From: Raillietiella orientalis
Lineage: Eukaryota
Assembly: GCA_036172245.1 (NCBI GenBank)
Contig: JAYWIR010000023.1
Location: forward strand, 1,178,001-1,242,000
Reading direction: 5' to 3'
Length of the DNA stretch: 64,000 bases
Numbering within the stretch: the first letter of the stretch is position 1; each line of letters opens with the position of its first letter. Under the pieces are notes generated by a model, which was given only the letters and a program-made list of their open reading frames with translations, was not told where the DNA came from and searched no databases. The position numbers and the translations under genes are program-made. Shown piece by piece: positions 62,543 through 64,000 of this stretch.

Positions 62543-64000
62543 CATCCACAAGCGCGAAGAGTTCTCGCGGCAGCGTTTCATCTTCCCGGAGGGTGCTTCG
62601 GTTCCCTGGACCAGCACGACCTCTCGCTCCCCCGTGCCTTTCTCGCTCTCTCTCGCGAAACTTGATTCCATCTTCCTGGCGCTGGAGATGCAGCTTTTCA
62701 GGTTTTTCCTTCCTTCTTTGCTCCACGTCCGCCTCGATCTGTGCCGCCGTTGCTGCGCAACGTCGGGTTCCGCTCATGTCTGGAGAAAGCGAAGTGGAAG
62801 CGAGCGGCGTACGACGAAGCCTCTTCTCCCCTCTGGATTCCCACGCGAACCGCAACCACCGAAAGGTATTCGCCTTCCTCCTCTTCACCTCCACTTTCAG
62901 GATATGCGATCTGCGTCCCCCCATCCCTTCTTTGCTTTCCCTCTGGGAGGCTCCATGGAACTTTCGGTGCTCGCTGTCCGCTCGGAAACGAAGGATAAGC
63001 AAATGGCTGAGGGGAATCCCGTGTTCACCCTTCTGCTAGAGGAAGGACTCTCTTCCCCCTCTTCCAGAAGAGAAAACATGTAAGAGAAGATCCAGGACGT
63101 GGCTTGAGACCAGCAGCCTCCCCCTGGGCTTCCTCTCCTAGCATCTCAGCAGTTTTCCGCGGCTGCTTCCTCTGGGTTCGACCAGGCAGCAAGATTCTGG
63201 AAAAAAGGGACTCCCCAGGACGACTCCTGAAGAGGCGAACCCGGAGACAGGAAAGAGGTGGCTCCGGCGACTCGGAGCGCTTCCTTGGACCCTCAACCTC
63301 CAGGAGAGCAGGCCCCGGTTCTTCAAATGAAACGCAAGTACCGTGCGCGTCAGAAGCCGTTTTCTTGGTCATCCGGCATGCTGAGGTTTTGACGAACGGC
63401 CAGAGGCGATGGTTTCGCCCTAACATCACTCGAAATAGTACCAATGAAGACTCCCAGCAACTCTTGCCGTTGTGCATCTTCATTCAACGCAGCTCCCTTC
63501 AGCGGTAACCAAAAGTCACGCGTTCAGGAAGAAACCGAACGTTCGCGAGGAAGCTGCTCGTACCGGTAGATCTCACGCGTCATGGCTCCTCATCCGGAAG
63601 GAAGCTTCACGCATCTTTCAAGAGCGAACACAACGACAACACTCGACACACTCCATCACGGAACGAATGGGGAACATTGCACACCTAGACCGCCAAGTTT
63701 CCCTATGCAGCCGTCGCGGCGTTGCTAGGGCGACCGACTTGCGTTCGAAGTATGTCCCTGGAGATTCGGGTAGGAAGGAGCGAAAACCGCAGGACGAAAT
63801 TTCGGCCGCACGGCTCGCAAGTCCTCGCTGGTGGACTCAGCCATCCGTAGAGAGTCGTTGAGCACCTTCTCGGGAAGGACGGAGTCACATGCACGCGATA
63901 CTTCAGGTGTGCAGAGGCGCAAAGCAAGTAGATATACTTCTGAGGGGGGGGAGGGGGGGGAAGGAGAACGAGGGGGGAGGGGGCAAGGAGAGAAAGAGAG

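Noticed and set aside
1..64000. CRISPR arrays, prokaryotic operons or defence systems, telomeric repeats, tRNA/snRNA/SL RNA genes
   Set aside because: The sequence is animal nuclear DNA. I saw no regularly spaced repeat-spacer array, telomere tract or recognisable structural RNA gene; a covariance-model scan would be needed to exclude small RNAs.

Overview
Nuclear DNA of an invertebrate animal with intron-containing genes and many 38-50 nt GT-AG introns; I cannot fix the taxon. The left ~22 kb is AT-rich and gene-dense. It holds the first coding exon of alpha-catenin (running off the left edge), a ~0.5 kb mitochondrial large-subunit rRNA insert (NUMT), a tightly packed IFT20 / TXNDC17 / KCTD10 cluster, a possible decayed multi-exon gene and a SWAP70/DEF6-like gene. 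A complete 12-exon vesicular monoamine transporter gene (SLC18, 21490-36562, minus strand) straddles an abrupt switch to GC- and CpG-rich sequence at ~24.5-25 kb. The right ~40 kb is gene-poor and most of its ORFs look spurious. It contains a 930 bp palindromic mariner derivative, an isolated PH-domain pseudo-exon between (TA)n arrays, decayed non-LTR retrotransposon remnants, a possible CUB-domain pseudogene and a diverged ~0.6 kb inverted repeat pair. All gene models were spliced and phase-checked by hand and no database searches were run. I found no clear-cut novel biological system. The best leads are the compositional step inside VMAT, the operon-like KCTD10-TXNDC17 junction, the TA-flanked PH exon and candidate antisense exons interleaved with VMAT.
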